Notes: generated from the sequence alone by a model not told the origin. Positions 46,743 to 62,650 are shown, numbered from the stretch's first letter. The stretch: DNA of 64,000 nt from an uncultured Planctomycetota bacterium (GCA_963841915.1 CAWJEN010000006.1:96001-160000); one strand, 5' to 3'. A program made the numbers and translations.

Positions 46743-47789
46743 ATGCTCACGCTTCAACAGACTGCTGTCGTTCCGTCGCCGAAGGGGATAATTGTTCGTG
46801 CTGCGGACAGGTTTGATCTGCCGATGATCGACAAGTTGCAGAAGGCGCACAGCGATGAACTGGGCTTTTTGCAGATGGCTGCCCTTGAGGGCAAGTTGAA
46901 GCGCGGGGAGATCCTCGTGGCTCGGGAGTCGCGGACGAAGCGGTTTGCGGGGTACGTGATTGCCAGCGATACGTACTTCAAGCGGGAAGAGGTTGGCGTG
47001 GTTTACCAGATGGCGGTGCATGAAAAGTACCGTCGGCAGCAGGTGGCTGCGTTGTTGTTGCGCGAGCTGTTTGCGTCGTGGCCGAGGGGCGTGAAGCTGT
47101 GTTGTGCGTGGTGCGCGCAGGACCTGGCAGCGAACAAGTTCTGGGAGGCGATGGGGTTCGTGCCGTTGGCGTATCGCAATGGATCAGAGGGGAAGAACCG
47201 CGTACACATTCTTTGGCAGAAGCGGGTGGATGCTTCCGACAGTGGGGAAGGTGTGGGGTGGTGGTACCCGAGCACAACGGGGGCCGGTGCGATTCGGGAG
47301 GACCGGGTGGTGTTGCCGATTCCGCTGGATCAGCACTGGACCCAGACGCGGCCGGCGGTGTTGCCGACGGTGGCGGGAGAGGAGAAGGAGGTCGAGGCGT
47401 TCGCCGGTATGCCGCGGAAGTTCGCGGGCGGCGTGACGGAGGACGACCAGGGTCGGCTCTGGCGAGGCGGCAAACAGCTCATGACGCCGACGATGGTGCG
47501 GGCATCGCTGGGCCTGAGTGAGCACGAGCTGTTCAGCGTGCCCGACGGCGTGGAGCTGGTGGGCGAATTGCCGAAGCCGACCGCGAAGAAGGCGGCGAGG
47601 AAGTTCGACCCGAAGGTGAAGCAGATCGTGCGGGACCTGCGGGACGACTGGCTGGCCCACGTCAACGCGAACGGCCTGCTGCTGACCGGCGAGGAGCGAT
47701 ACGCGACGGCACGGCAACTGCCGGCGGCGGGCGGAGGCGCGGGAGGAACCGCCCTGCCGTTGCCGGAGCAGCGGTTGCTGGCGGCTTAG
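46743..47789 (+). CDS. GNAT-family N-acetyltransferase with a long C-terminal extension
   Basis: IVRAA...DL..I, QMAV...YRRQQVAALLL (motif A), AN.FWEAMGF (motif B). Confidence 0.8.
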   Translation: MLTLQQTAVVPSPKGIIVRAADRFDLPMIDKLQKAHSDELGFLQMAALEGKLKRGEILVARESRTKRFAGYVIASDTYFKREEVGVVYQMAVHEKYRRQQVAALLLRELFASWPRGVKLCCAWCAQDLAANKFWEAMGFVPLAYRNGSEGKNRVHILWQKRVDASDSGEGVGWWYPSTTGAGAIREDRVVLPIPLDQHWTQTRPAVLPTVAGEEKEVEAFAGMPRKFAGGVTEDDQGRLWRGGKQLMTPTMVRASLGLSEHELFSVPDGVELVGELPKPTAKKAARKFDPKVKQIVRDLRDDWLAHVNANGLLLTGEERYATARQLPAAGGGAGGTALPLPEQRLLAA

Positions 47790-47837
47790 ATTGCAACTGG
47801 TGCCACGGATTGAGCCGCGTTCTGACGCGGGCAACCC

Positions 47838-48077
47838 GTGCGGCTTATTGGTTCCGTCGCCCGCGATGCCGGTACTGACGAGAGCGGTATCGACTTCGTC
47901 GTCCGCTTCAAGCCCGGGTGCTCACTGCTCGATCAGGGGGCATTACTGATGGAGCTTCGGGAGCTGCTCGGTTACAAAGTAGATGTCATTTCCGAAGGTG
48001 CCCTCACCGGGCGCTTTGCGGAGCGGGTCGAGCGGGAGGCGATCGAGCCTTGCAGTGGCCACTCGGGTTCTCCCTAG
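47838..48077 (+). pseudogene. Degraded MNT (minimal nucleotidyltransferase, MntA-like antitoxin)
   Basis: VRLIGSVAR...SGIDFVV (DxD changed to GxD), SLLD..., LRELLGYKVDVISE; N-terminal helix missing; no HEPN gene follows. Confidence 0.7.
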
Positions 48078-48119
48078 TCACCCGTGGCCGTGGGGTGGAT
48101 TGGTGCTCTACCATCGGCC

Positions 48120-49109
48120 ATGCCTCTCAAGCCCCATGGCCGGATCTATGACTCCATTGCTGACACTGTTGGCGGGACGCCGCTGGTGCGGATCAATCGC
48201 CTGATTCCCGAAGGTCAGGCGACGGTGCTGGCCAAGTGCGAGTTCTTCAACCCGCTGGCGAGCGTCAAGGATCGCATCGGGTACAACATGATCACGGTGG
48301 CTGAGAACGAGGGCAAGATTACGCCCGGCAAAAGCGTCATCGTCGAGCCGACGAGCGGGAACACGGGCATCGCGCTGGCCTTCATGTGTGCGGCCAAGGG
48401 GTACCGCTGCATCCTGACGATGCCCGAGAGCATGAGCATGGAACGGCGTCGCCTGCTGGCTGCCCTCGGGGCGGAGTTGGTGCTGACCGAGGCGGCCAAG
48501 GGCATGAAGGGGGCCATTGCCAAGGCGGAAGAAATTGCCAAGGAGACGGCGGACGCGTTCATTCCCGGCCAGTTCCACAACCCGGCGAACCCCGAGATTC
48601 ACAAGCTGACGACGGCGGAAGAAATCTGGGCGGACACCGGCGGTAAGGTCGACGCGATCGTCGCCGGCGTCGGCACGGGTGGGACGATCACGGGCGTGGC
48701 CGAGGTGCTCAAGCAGCGGAACCCGGACTTCAAGGCGTTCGCGGTGGAGCCGGTCCACTCGCCGGTGATCACGCAGACGAAGAACGGCCAGGAGCTGCAG
48801 CCCGGGCCGCACAAGATCCAGGGCATCGGGGCTGGCTTCGTGCCGGACAACCTGCACATGGACATCGTCGACGAGGTTATTCAGATCAGCAACGACGACG
48901 CCTTTGCCTGGGGCAAACGACTGGCCAAGGAAGAAGGCATCCTCGGCGGCATCAGCTCCGGCGGGAACATGTGTGCGGCGGCCCAGGTGGCGGCACGGCC
49001 GGAGATGAAGGGCAAGACGATCGTGACCATCATGTGCTCGTTCGGCGAGCGGTACCTCAGCACGCCGTTGTTCGAGAACACGCCAGACGCGCCGGCGAAC
49101 ACGATTTAG
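48120..49109 (+). CDS. cysK: Cysteine synthase A
   Basis: [57 protein letters not shown]. Confidence 0.96.
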   Translation: MPLKPHGRIYDSIADTVGGTPLVRINRLIPEGQATVLAKCEFFNPLASVKDRIGYNMITVAENEGKITPGKSVIVEPTSGNTGIALAFMCAAKGYRCILTMPESMSMERRRLLAALGAELVLTEAAKGMKGAIAKAEEIAKETADAFIPGQFHNPANPEIHKLTTAEEIWADTGGKVDAIVAGVGTGGTITGVAEVLKQRNPDFKAFAVEPVHSPVITQTKNGQELQPGPHKIQGIGAGFVPDNLHMDIVDEVIQISNDDAFAWGKRLAKEEGILGGISSGGNMCAAAQVAARPEMKGKTIVTIMCSFGERYLSTPLFENTPDAPANTI

Positions 49110-49180
49110 CGGAACCTTCGGCGGCTGGTGCGAAGTTGGATCTGGCCGCCTCCTCGGTTGCGTGGTACCTTGAGGCGTTT

Positions 49181-50257
49181 GTGAAGAAGTCATCAACCAA
49201 CCTGCCGCCCACCCTTGCTGCGTTCGGAGGGGCGAGGGCCACGCCGCCCGGCACCGGCGCGGTGCTGCTTCGTCCCATCGAGCCCCGCCGCCCGGTCGAG
49301 CGACAACCGATTAACCCTGTCAGCACCGCTATCGGGCGGACCGTTCCGCTCTACGTCGACCTGCACAGTCACACCACCGCGAGTGACGGCACTGACGCAC
49401 CCTCAGCGCTTGTGCGTAAGGCCAAGGCCGCAGGTTTGAGCGCACTGGCTATCACAGACCACGACACAGTGGCCGGCATTGATGAAGCGGCTCACGAGGC
49501 CCAGAGGCTCGGGCTCGACTTCTTGCCGGGGATAGAAATCAGCGCTGCCTATCCGCGGCCGGGCGTGATGCACCTGCTGGGGTACGGCATCGACCCGGCA
49601 AATCCGACGCTGCTGGCGCTCATCGGCCGCCTGCAGGAAGCCAGGCACGAGCGGAACCAGTTCCTCGTGAACGAACTCAACGCCGTCGGTGTGCACGTAT
49701 CATTCGAGGAGCTGATCGACATAGCACGCGGATCGCCCCACTCGCCGCGATCGGCAGAGGCGTCGACGGACCCGAACGACTACGTCATCGGGCGGCCTCA
49801 CTTCGCCAAGCTGTTGTTCATCAAGGGTTACATCCCGAACATGCAGGCGGCGTACAAGTACTACCTCGGCAACACGGGTCGATTCCGCTTCGACCGCAAC
49901 GAGCCCGAACCGGCAGAGGCCATTTCGGCAGTTCATGCAGCAGGCGGGCTCGTGTCGCTGGCGCACCCGAACCAGCTCCGCAAGTCGAACTTTGCCCAGC
50001 TTGCCAACGAGGTCGAGACGCTGGCGGCGGTCGGACTCGACGCCATCGAGGTCGTCTACAACGACCACCGCGAAAGCTTCATCGTGGAGCTCAAGGAGTT
50101 GTGTAGGCGGCACAACCTGCTGACCACTGGTGGCAGCGACTATCACGGCAGCTGCAAAAAGTGGATCGTTCTCGGCCGCTGCGGCATGCGGCGGCGTGTG
50201 CCACGCAAGTACTACGACCGCCTGCTCGGACGGCTGCAGGCACGGCAGGCAGCGTGA
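49181..50257 (+). CDS. PHP-domain phosphoesterase (TrpH/YciV-like); start uncertain
   Basis: DLHSHTTASDG, AITDHDT, GIEIS, HLLGY, GRPH.A, LAHP, GGSDYHG. Confidence 0.88.
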   Translation: MKKSSTNLPPTLAAFGGARATPPGTGAVLLRPIEPRRPVERQPINPVSTAIGRTVPLYVDLHSHTTASDGTDAPSALVRKAKAAGLSALAITDHDTVAGIDEAAHEAQRLGLDFLPGIEISAAYPRPGVMHLLGYGIDPANPTLLALIGRLQEARHERNQFLVNELNAVGVHVSFEELIDIARGSPHSPRSAEASTDPNDYVIGRPHFAKLLFIKGYIPNMQAAYKYYLGNTGRFRFDRNEPEPAEAISAVHAAGGLVSLAHPNQLRKSNFAQLANEVETLAAVGLDAIEVVYNDHRESFIVELKELCRRHNLLTTGGSDYHGSCKKWIVLGRCGMRRRVPRKYYDRLLGRLQARQAA

Positions 50258-50278
50258 CATGAGATGATGTTAAACAAC

Positions 50279-50307
50279 AAGGCCCGGCAGCGACGCTGCC
50301 GGGCCTT
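50279..50307 (-). terminator. Terminator between convergent PHP and rpoC
   Basis: Perfect 14-bp inverted repeat AAGGCCCGGCAGCG-A-CGCTGCCGGGCCTT; T-rich tail on the minus strand. Confidence 0.8.
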
Positions 50308-50331
50308 CGTGTGATTTGATCGACGCCTGAA

Positions 50332-54990
<4,659 letters not shown>

Positions 54991-55005
54991 CGGCGGCTCC
55001 TTTTG

Positions 55006-58000
55006 TCACAGCAAGTCGTCATCCCCTTCCGCTCCGTCCTTCTTCTCAAGCTGGATGTTCAAACCAAGGCCGCGGACCTCGTTGCAGAGGACGTCGAAGC
55101 TGACGGGCGTGCCGGCCTCGAGCGTGTTCTGGCCCTTCACCATCGATTCGTAAATCTTGGTGCGGCCCTCGACGTCGTCGGACTTGACCGTCAGGAGTTC
55201 CTGCAGGATGTAGGCGGCGCCGTAGGCTTCGAGGCCCCAGACCTCCATCTCGCCGAACCGCTGGCCGCCGGTGCGGGCCTTGCCGCCGAGCGGCTGCTGC
55301 GTGATGAGCGAGTACGGCCCGGTCGCGCGGGCGTGGATCTTGTCGTCGACAAGGTGGTGCAGCTTGAGCATGTACATGTAGCCGACCGTGGTCCGCTGCT
55401 CGAACGGCTCGCCGCTTCGGCCGTCGTAGAGCTGCACCTTGCCGCCGTACGGCATGGGGGCTGCCAACTCACGCGGGGTGAGGTGCTTGTCCTTACCGCC
55501 GCCGTGCTCGGCGAGACGGTTCTTCACAAGGTCATTTGCTGCGTCGACCGCTTCGAACACCTCAGCCTCGGTCGCACCGTCGAAGACGGGCGTGATGGCT
55601 TGCTGCCCCAGAACCTGCATCGCCCAGCCGAGGTGGGTTTCGAGAATCTGACCGACGTTCATGCGGCTGGGCACGCCCAGCGGGTTGAGCATGACGTCGA
55701 CCGGCGTGCCGTCCTCGAGGAACGGCATGTCCTCTTCCGGCACGATGCGGGCAATGACACCCTTGTTGCCGTGACGGCCGGCCATCTTGTCACCGACGCT
55801 GAGTGTCCGCTTGGTGGCGATGTAGACCTTGACCATTTCGAGCACGCCGCTGGGCAGTTCGTCGCCCCGCTTCATGTGCTCGGTCTTGCGGGTCTTTTCC
55901 TTGAGGACCGCCTGAACGCGTGGCCAGAACCGGCTGTAGGTGCCGACGGCTTCCTCACGCTTGGCCTTGTCACCCTTGATCCAGGCCGGATCGAACTCTT
56001 CGATCTGTTCGATGATGACCTCATCAATGTCGCTCTTGGCGACCTTCTGACGGGTGTTGGGGTCAACCATCTCGGCGCCCATGACCTCGTTGATCTCGTC
56101 GACCATCTCACGGAAGATCGCGATCGCCTTCTGGTCCATGTCGGCCTCGTAGGCCTCAATGTCCCGCTTGAGCTGACGCTTTTGCTCTTCCGTCTGGTTC
56201 ATCCGACGGCTGAACCGCTGGGCACCGATGACCACGCCTTCCTCGCCGGCGGGCATTTCGAGCGAGTCGTTCTTCACGTCCTCACCGGCCCGGCCGAAGA
56301 TGGCGTGGAGCAGCTTCTCTTCAGGCGTGAGTTCGGTCTTGCTCTTGGGGCTGATCTTGCCGACGAGGATGTCGCCTGCACCGACGCGGGTGCCGATGCG
56401 AACGACGCCAAACTCATCGAGCTGGCCGAGCGAACGCTCGCTGACATTGGGGATGTCGCGGGTGAACTCTTCCTTGCCAAGCTTGGTTTCGCGGATCTCG
56501 ACGCCGTATTCCTCGATGTGGATCGAGGTGAAGGTGTCGTCCTTCACAAGCCGCTCGTTGATGACGATGGCGTCCTCAAAATTATAACCGTCGAAGGTCA
56601 TGAACGCGACGAGCGCGTTCTTGCCCAGGGCGAGCTCGCCCCGCACGGTGCTGGCACCGTCGGCCAGAATCTGGCCCTTCTTAACCTTGTCGCCCTTGGC
56701 GACCAGAGGCCGCTGGTTCTGACACGTCTTGTCCGTCGTGCCCTTAAACTTGCGGAGCACGTACTCGTCGGCGTTGTCGATAAGAATCCGCTCAGCGTCG
56801 ATATAGGTCACGGTGCCAGGCCGCTCAGCCTTGACAACCATGCCGCTATTCATCGCGACGGACGTCTCCAGACCTGTGCCCACGCAAGGCGGATCGGCCC
56901 TAAGCAACGGCACAGCCTGCCGTTGCATGTTCGATCCCATGAGCGCACGGTTGGCGTCATCGTGCTCGAGGAACGGGATGAGGGCAGCCGAGACGGAGAC
57001 CGTCTGCTTCGGCGAAATGTCGACGTACTGAATGTCCTCGCCACCGATGGTCGAAAGGTCACCCTCGACGCGAGCCAGCTGCAGGTCGTCGGGCACCTTG
57101 TCGTCGCCGACCGCGACGACATCCGGCGGCGCCAGGATTGCCTTCATTTCTTCGTCGGCACGCAGGTACTTCACCTCGCCGTTGACCTTGCCGTCCTTGA
57201 CGACGCGGTAAGGCGTGATGAGGAAGCCATACTCGTCGATGTCTGCGTAGATCGACAGCGACGCGATAAGGCCGATGTTTGTACCTTCCGGCGTCTCGAT
57301 GGGGCAAATGCGGCCGTAGTGCGAGATGTGCACGTCACGCACCTCGAAGCCGGCCCGCTTGCGGTTGAGGCCGCCCGGACCAAGGGCCGACAGGCGACGC
57401 TCGTGGGTCAGCTGCGACAACGGGTTCGTCTGGTCAACGACCTGCGAAAGCTCGCCGCGGCCGAAGAAGAAGTCGATCGCGCTGCTGATGGCCTTGGAGT
57501 TGACGAGCTCGGCGACCTTGCCGAGTTCGGACGGATCCTTCAGGCTCATGCGCTCCTGGACGGTCCGCTTGAGCTTCAGGAAGCCCTTGCGAATTTCTTC
57601 CGTCGCCAGCTCGTCGATGAGGCGCAGTCGCCGGTTGCCGAGGTGATCGATGTCATCGATGTAACCCTTGCCGTCACGCAGGCCAAAGAGGTACTTCAGC
57701 GAGTTGAGGAAGTCCTCACTGCGAAGAACCATCTCGGTCTCAGGGACCGACTGCTCGAACTTACGGTTGACGCGGAAGCGACCGACGCGGCCGAGGCGGT
57801 ATCGGTTCTCGTCGAAGAACTTCTCTTTGAAGAGCGTGCGTGCCTTCTCCAGCTGCGGCGGGTTCCCCGGACGCAGGCGGCCGTAGATCTTGAGGATCGC
57901 CTCGTCGTGGTTGTCGGCAATGTCCTCGGCCAGCGTGTTGAGGATGAGCGGGTCAGTGACCTTCGTCACGACCGCAACCTTCTCCATGTCGCTGGCCTGC

Positions 58001-58788
58001 AGCTTTTCGACGTGCTCGCCGAGCTGGGCACCGGCCTTGAGCAGCTCCTCGCCGGTCTCGGCGTCAATGATGCTTTGGGCTGCGTAATACTCGGCCTTGA
58101 GGTCCTTGGGCTTGACGTGGGTGACGTCGTAGAACTCCTCAATGATCTTGCCGGTCTCGCCGAAGTTTTCGTCGAGGGCACGGATGAAGCTCGTCGCCGG
58201 GATCTTGGCCGACTGGTCGACGCGGACGACGAGGGCGTCCTTCTTCGTCACCGAGCACTCGATCCACGAACCGCGTTCCGGGATCACCCGGAAGCCGTGC
58301 AGCGGGCGGTCGCCTTCCTGCTCTTCGATGAGGAAGTCGATGCCGGGCGAACGGTGCAACTGGTTGACGATGACCCGCTCGGCACCGTTGACGATGAACT
58401 CACCGCCGCCGATCATGACCGGGATCTCACCGACGAAGATGTCGTCTTCGACCACATCCTCGACGTCCTTGCGAGTCAGTCGCACGCGGATGCGGAACGG
58501 CATGCCGTAGCTCAGGCGAAGGGCCCGGCACTCGTCGATGGTGTAACGCGGCTCGTTGAGGGCGTAGCTGACGAAGTCGAGCTTCGTGTTGCCGTCGTAG
58601 CTCTCAATTGGAAAGACCTCTTCGAGCAGCGCCTGCAGCCCGTGGCTCTCGCGTTCGTTGGGCGGGGTGTCCTGCTGTAGGAATCGCTTGTAAGCGTTTA
58701 TCTGAACCTTGATGAGGTTCGGGATCTCGATCGCGTCGCCGCGCTTGGCGAACGAATGGGGCTTGCGCTGAATAGTGGCGTTGGGCAT
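55006..58788 (-). CDS. rpoB: RNA polymerase beta subunit
   Basis: [63 protein letters not shown] at 58788. Confidence 0.98.
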   Translation of the reverse strand: MPNATIQRKPHSFAKRGDAIEIPNLIKVQINAYKRFLQQDTPPNERESHGLQALLEEVFPIESYDGNTKLDFVSYALNEPRYTIDECRALRLSYGMPFRIRVRLTRKDVEDVVEDDIFVGEIPVMIGGGEFIVNGAERVIVNQLHRSPGIDFLIEEQEGDRPLHGFRVIPERGSWIECSVTKKDALVVRVDQSAKIPATSFIRALDENFGETGKIIEEFYDVTHVKPKDLKAEYYAAQSIIDAETGEELLKAGAQLGEHVEKLQASDMEKVAVVTKVTDPLILNTLAEDIADNHDEAILKIYGRLRPGNPPQLEKARTLFKEKFFDENRYRLGRVGRFRVNRKFEQSVPETEMVLRSEDFLNSLKYLFGLRDGKGYIDDIDHLGNRRLRLIDELATEEIRKGFLKLKRTVQERMSLKDPSELGKVAELVNSKAISSAIDFFFGRGELSQVVDQTNPLSQLTHERRLSALGPGGLNRKRAGFEVRDVHISHYGRICPIETPEGTNIGLIASLSIYADIDEYGFLITPYRVVKDGKVNGEVKYLRADEEMKAILAPPDVVAVGDDKVPDDLQLARVEGDLSTIGGEDIQYVDISPKQTVSVSAALIPFLEHDDANRALMGSNMQRQAVPLLRADPPCVGTGLETSVAMNSGMVVKAERPGTVTYIDAERILIDNADEYVLRKFKGTTDKTCQNQRPLVAKGDKVKKGQILADGASTVRGELALGKNALVAFMTFDGYNFEDAIVINERLVKDDTFTSIHIEEYGVEIRETKLGKEEFTRDIPNVSERSLGQLDEFGVVRIGTRVGAGDILVGKISPKSKTELTPEEKLLHAIFGRAGEDVKNDSLEMPAGEEGVVIGAQRFSRRMNQTEEQKRQLKRDIEAYEADMDQKAIAIFREMVDEINEVMGAEMVDPNTRQKVAKSDIDEVIIEQIEEFDPAWIKGDKAKREEAVGTYSRFWPRVQAVLKEKTRKTEHMKRGDELPSGVLEMVKVYIATKRTLSVGDKMAGRHGNKGVIARIVPEEDMPFLEDGTPVDVMLNPLGVPSRMNVGQILETHLGWAMQVLGQQAITPVFDGATEAEVFEAVDAANDLVKNRLAEHGGGKDKHLTPRELAAPMPYGGKVQLYDGRSGEPFEQRTTVGYMYMLKLHHLVDDKIHARATGPYSLITQQPLGGKARTGGQRFGEMEVWGLEAYGAAYILQELLTVKSDDVEGRTKIYESMVKGQNTLEAGTPVSFDVLCNEVRGLGLNIQLEKKDGAEGDDDLL

Positions 58789-59188
58789 GGCAAGTCGCCT
58801 AGGCGAGGAAGTCGCGTTGGCGTTGAAAGGCAGGTCTGGCAGATCGGGACGATCAGTCGAGTAGCGGGCGGCGGGCTCATCCCCCAGGGGCGGCGGTGCC
58901 GACAAACGGTCAGGCGGATCAAAATCCGCGAAACGGCTCGGCACCTACAGGTGCGGCCGCGGGTGGGCCTTGTCCGGCACGCCCTCCCCTCGTGTCGCTC
59001 CGTCAGTTCGGCAGCAGTTTCACACGGCCGACCGGCAGACGAAGATGCGGCAGCGTCAAGCCGCGGCCGGCTCGATGCTGTCGCTCGATGGGAGGATGGA
59101 TTAGGTGCGCCTCGGCAAAGGTGGCAACGGCAGGCTAGGCACGCAATTTGTAACGGTCAAACTTTCCTCCCGTTCCGACTTGACAATC

Positions 59189-59227
59189 AAGAAGACACCC
59201 AGCCGCATAGCGGCTGGGTGTCTTCTT
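59189..59227. terminator. Terminator/attenuator hairpin between rplL and rpoB
   Basis: Perfect 18-bp stem AAGAAGACACCCAGCCGC-ATA-GCGGCTGGGTGTCTTCTT. Confidence 0.85.
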
Positions 59228-59258
59228 ATCGGTCAGCAGAAGCCGAGGAAAGCCAAAC

Positions 59259-59675
59259 TCACTTGAGCGTGATCTTGGCACCAACCTCTTCGAGCTCCTT
59301 CTTCATCTTTTCGGCCTCTTCCTTGTCGACGCCTTCCTTGATCGGCTTGGGCGCACCTTCAACGAGGTCCTTGGCTTCCTTCAGGCCCAGACCCGTGATC
59401 GGGCGGATGGCCTTGATGACGGCCATCTTCGCATCGCCGAACGATTCGAGGATGACATCGAAGCTACTCTGCTCCTCGGCCTCTTCGGCAGCACCACCGG
59501 CGGCGGGGCCGGCCATCATGACGCCGCCACCGGCGGCAGGCTCAATGCCGTACTCGGCCTTGAGGTAGTCTTTCAGGTCGACCGCCTCCTTGAGGGTCAG
59601 GCCAGCGAGCTTCTCGGCAACGCTCTTGAGGTCGTCGCTCAGGCTCGGGGCGGCTGGGGCTTCTGTGTCGCTCAT
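59259..59675 (-). CDS. rplL: 50S ribosomal protein L7/L12
   Basis: [29 protein letters not shown]. Confidence 0.97.
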   Translation of the reverse strand: MSDTEAPAAPSLSDDLKSVAEKLAGLTLKEAVDLKDYLKAEYGIEPAAGGGVMMAGPAAGGAAEEAEEQSSFDVILESFGDAKMAVIKAIRPITGLGLKEAKDLVEGAPKPIKEGVDKEEAEKMKKELEEVGAKITLK

Positions 59676-59811
59676 AATTCAGTCTTTCTGGCCCGTGACG
59701 TGGGCGATCCGTGTCGAACTGCGGTGCGAAAGAGGTGGCGACACAGCGTCGCCAATTACTCCCAGACGGGCCAGTCCCGCATCACGCTGTAAACTTGTTG
59801 AGGCAGACCGC

Positions 59812-60366
59812 TCAGGCGGCCTCGCCCTGCTTCTCTTCGATCGCCTTGAGGATCGAGGCAATGTTGGCACCCGGACCCTGCAGGGCACCGGCCAGGTTTG
59901 CACCCGGGCCAAGGATGCAGCCGACGAGGTCGGAGATGGCCTCTTCACGAGTCGGGAACTTGCTGACGCGCGTCACGCCATCTTCGCCGTGATAGACTTC
60001 GCCGTCGAAGAAGACACCGCGAAGTTCCAAGCCTTCGAACGCCTTGTCTTTCTTCGTGTCAACGAGAGCTCGGCAGACGGTGCTGATCGCAGCCGGCTCG
60101 CCGCTGTCGACGGACTCGCCATAAACGAGGGCGCTGGGGCCGTCGAGCAGCGTCTCAAAGCCGTCGATGGTCGAGCCGTCACTGGCACGACGTGCCAGGG
60201 TGTTCTTGACGACGGTGATCTTCACGCCCTTCTCAGCCAGGGCGCGACGCATCTTGTTCGTGTTGATGGCGTCGATGCCGCGCGGGTTAATTACGGCAAC
60301 GGCATCGACATGGCCGAAACGGCGGCCGTAGTCCTTCTCGATCAGGTTCTTAACACGCTTGCTCAT
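59812..60366 (-). CDS. rplJ: 50S ribosomal protein L10
   Basis: VVKNTLARRA, L.GP.AL, PTREE; located between rplA and rplL. Confidence 0.95.
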   Translation of the reverse strand: MSKRVKNLIEKDYGRRFGHVDAVAVINPRGIDAINTNKMRRALAEKGVKITVVKNTLARRASDGSTIDGFETLLDGPSALVYGESVDSGEPAAISTVCRALVDTKKDKAFEGLELRGVFFDGEVYHGEDGVTRVSKFPTREEAISDLVGCILGPGANLAGALQGPGANIASILKAIEEKQGEAA

Positions 60367-60429
60367 CGGTGGTCTCGGTCAGTGGGGTGGGCAGGATAGG
60401 CAGGGAAAGCGAGTACGGTCGATCAGTGG

Positions 60430-61164
60430 CTACTCGGCCACCTTTTCGCCGGCGTACTCGATCTCAACGCCCGGCGTCATCGTGCCCTTGAGCGTGATCT
60501 TCTTGATGTAATTGTGCTTGATGACATCAGGCCGGACGCTCTTGACCTTTTCGAGCATCGCTTCGGCATTCTCCTTGAGCTGAGCGTTGTCAAAGCTCAC
60601 CTTGCCGATGACGGTGTGAAGGTTTGCACCCTTGTCAGTGCGGAACTCCTGCTTACCGGCAGCATATTCCTTGACAGCTTCCTCAGCCTTAGGCGTTACG
60701 GTGCCGGCCTTGGGAGCGGGCATCAGACCCTTCGGGCCGAGCATCTTGCCGAGCTTGCCGACAAAACGCATCATGTCAGGCGTCGCAATGGCGACGTCGA
60801 AGTCCGTGAAGTTGGCGTTCTCGATTTCGGTGACCATGTCCTCGCCACCGGCCATCATCGCTCCGGCTTCCAAGCAGGCCTGAGCCCGTGAGGGGTCGAC
60901 GAAACAGACGACTCGCTTCGTCTTGCCGATGCCGTGCGGCAACGCGACGCTGGAGCGAATCTGCTGATCAGCGTGCGTGGGATCGACGCCCAACCAGAAG
61001 GTCATTTCGACGGTCTGATCGAACTTGGGTTGATCAAAGCCCTTGACGAGCGAGATGGCTGCATCGAGAGAGACGGCCTTGTCAGGCGCCATCTTCTGAG
61101 CCTTCTCAAATCGCTTGCCCTGCTTAGGGGCCTTCTTCTTGACGGGTTGTGTTTCTTTGGCCAT
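60430..61164 (-). CDS. rplA: 50S ribosomal protein L1
   Basis: [33 protein letters not shown]. Confidence 0.97.
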   Translation of the reverse strand: MAKETQPVKKKAPKQGKRFEKAQKMAPDKAVSLDAAISLVKGFDQPKFDQTVEMTFWLGVDPTHADQQIRSSVALPHGIGKTKRVVCFVDPSRAQACLEAGAMMAGGEDMVTEIENANFTDFDVAIATPDMMRFVGKLGKMLGPKGLMPAPKAGTVTPKAEEAVKEYAAGKQEFRTDKGANLHTVIGKVSFDNAQLKENAEAMLEKVKSVRPDVIKHNYIKKITLKGTMTPGVEIEYAGEKVAE

Positions 61165-61261
61165 GGTGGATCGCTGGTGTGAGCTTCCACTGCTTATTTC
61201 GCCCCGTGGTCAGGACGCCACCCGACCTGCGGGCGGTGGTTCATTTAACGGGAATGGAAGT

Positions 61262-61687
61262 TCAGGCTTTGACTTCGACGCCCATCGAGCGGGCGGTGCC
61301 GGCAATCTGCATCGCACCCTTCTCGAGGTCGAAAGCGTTGAGGTCTTCGACCTTTTCCTGGGCAATGTCGCGGCACTGCTGCATCGTGATGCTGCCGGCA
61401 GTGGTCTTGCCCGCGGTGCCGCTACCGGCCTTGATGCCGGCAGCCTTCTTGATCAGGGCCGACGCAGGGCCACTCTTGATCTCGAAGGTGAACGAACGGT
61501 CCTTGTACGTCGTGATGACGACGGCGACCTGCTCACCTCGCTTGTCCTGCGTCGCAGCATTGAACTGCGTAATGAACTGGCCCGGGTTCACACCATACTG
61601 GCCCAGAGCGGGGCCGATAGGCGGTGCGGGGGTTGCCGTACCGCCGGGGGCGAGGAGCTTGAACTGGTTGGTGACTTCCTTGGCCAT
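61262..61687 (-). CDS. rplK: 50S ribosomal protein L11
   Basis: ATPAPPIGPALGQ.GVN, IAGTARSMG. Confidence 0.97.
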   Translation of the reverse strand: MAKEVTNQFKLLAPGGTATPAPPIGPALGQYGVNPGQFITQFNAATQDKRGEQVAVVITTYKDRSFTFEIKSGPASALIKKAAGIKAGSGTAGKTTAGSITMQQCRDIAQEKVEDLNAFDLEKGAMQIAGTARSMGVEVKA

Positions 61688-61690
61688 CGG

Positions 61691-62017
61691 TCAGACGTGA
61701 GGTTCAGAGGTGGTTTCGGGACCGACGACGGTCGCTTGCACGCGACGGGTCGGCGGTCGATTCAGCGGGGGACTTGCCGTTCTTGAAGGTCCAGCCGTCA
61801 GGCTCCGTAGGAGCGAGTAGGCCGGCACCGTCAGGACGAGCAGGGCCGCCACACTAGCCGCGAGGACGACGAGGGACAATGCGACAAGCACGATTCCCGG
61901 TACCGCCAGGATCATAACGGTCAGACGAGCCCACGAAGGCAGGCCTGTTAAAGCCGTCAGCGCGTCTCCCCGGACGCCGCCGACACCGTTCTGTGCGTAG
62001 TAGGCAAATCGCGTCAC
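61691..62017 (-). CDS. Hypothetical membrane protein between nusG and rplK
   Basis: GTG 6 bp after the nusG stop; stop 3 bp before rplK; long hydrophobic hairpin LPSWAR...LTVPAY. Confidence 0.7.
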   Translation of the reverse strand: MTRFAYYAQNGVGGVRGDALTALTGLPSWARLTVMILAVPGIVLVALSLVVLAASVAALLVLTVPAYSLLRSLTAGPSRTASPPLNRPPTRRVQATVVGPETTSEPHV

Positions 62018-62023
62018 GGCGAA

Positions 62024-62650
62024 CTAGAGCTTCTCGATCTCCTCATAAGCCACTTCGAGCGGCGTCGGGCGGCCGAAGATCGTCGTGATAATGCGAACCT
62101 GCCCCTTCTCGACAAGCACTTCATCGACGTCGCCCTCAAAGCCCTCGAAAGCGCCGACGATGACCTTGATCTTGTCACCTTTGGCGTAGTCGGTCTTGAG
62201 TTCGGGCTCGTCCTTCTTCTCGCTCTCGCCGATCATGCGTTGGGCTTCGTCGCGACCCATCGGGTGCGGCTTGCCACTGGCCTGGATGAAGTCACCGACG
62301 CCCTCGGTTTCTTTGACCATGAACCACACCTCTTGCGGGATGCGGCCGTGCTCGTCAGGCTCGATTTCGATGAAGACGTAGCCGGGGTAGAGCTTGAGAT
62401 CGACAAACGTGCGCTTGCCGTTCTTGACTTGCATGGTCTTCTTGACCGGCACAAGGACGCGGTCGATCCGACCTTCAAGACCTTCAATGCGGGCCTTGCG
62501 GACGAGCGCGTCACGGACGCGGTCTTCCTTGTTCGAAGCGACACGGAGCGTGAAGAGACGCATGTTGTCCTTCACCGGCCGCGTCTGGTCGTTGCGGTCG
62601 TCCATACCAAGATCTGTGGCGGCGGGGGAAGTCTGCGTGTCCGTATCCAT
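62024..62650 (-). CDS. nusG: Transcription termination/antitermination factor NusG
   Basis: KLYPGYVFIE, KOW motif G.F.GF.G.V, TIFGRPTPLE. Confidence 0.96.
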   Translation of the reverse strand: MDTDTQTSPAATDLGMDDRNDQTRPVKDNMRLFTLRVASNKEDRVRDALVRKARIEGLEGRIDRVLVPVKKTMQVKNGKRTFVDLKLYPGYVFIEIEPDEHGRIPQEVWFMVKETEGVGDFIQASGKPHPMGRDEAQRMIGESEKKDEPELKTDYAKGDKIKVIVGAFEGFEGDVDEVLVEKGQVRIITTIFGRPTPLEVAYEEIEKL

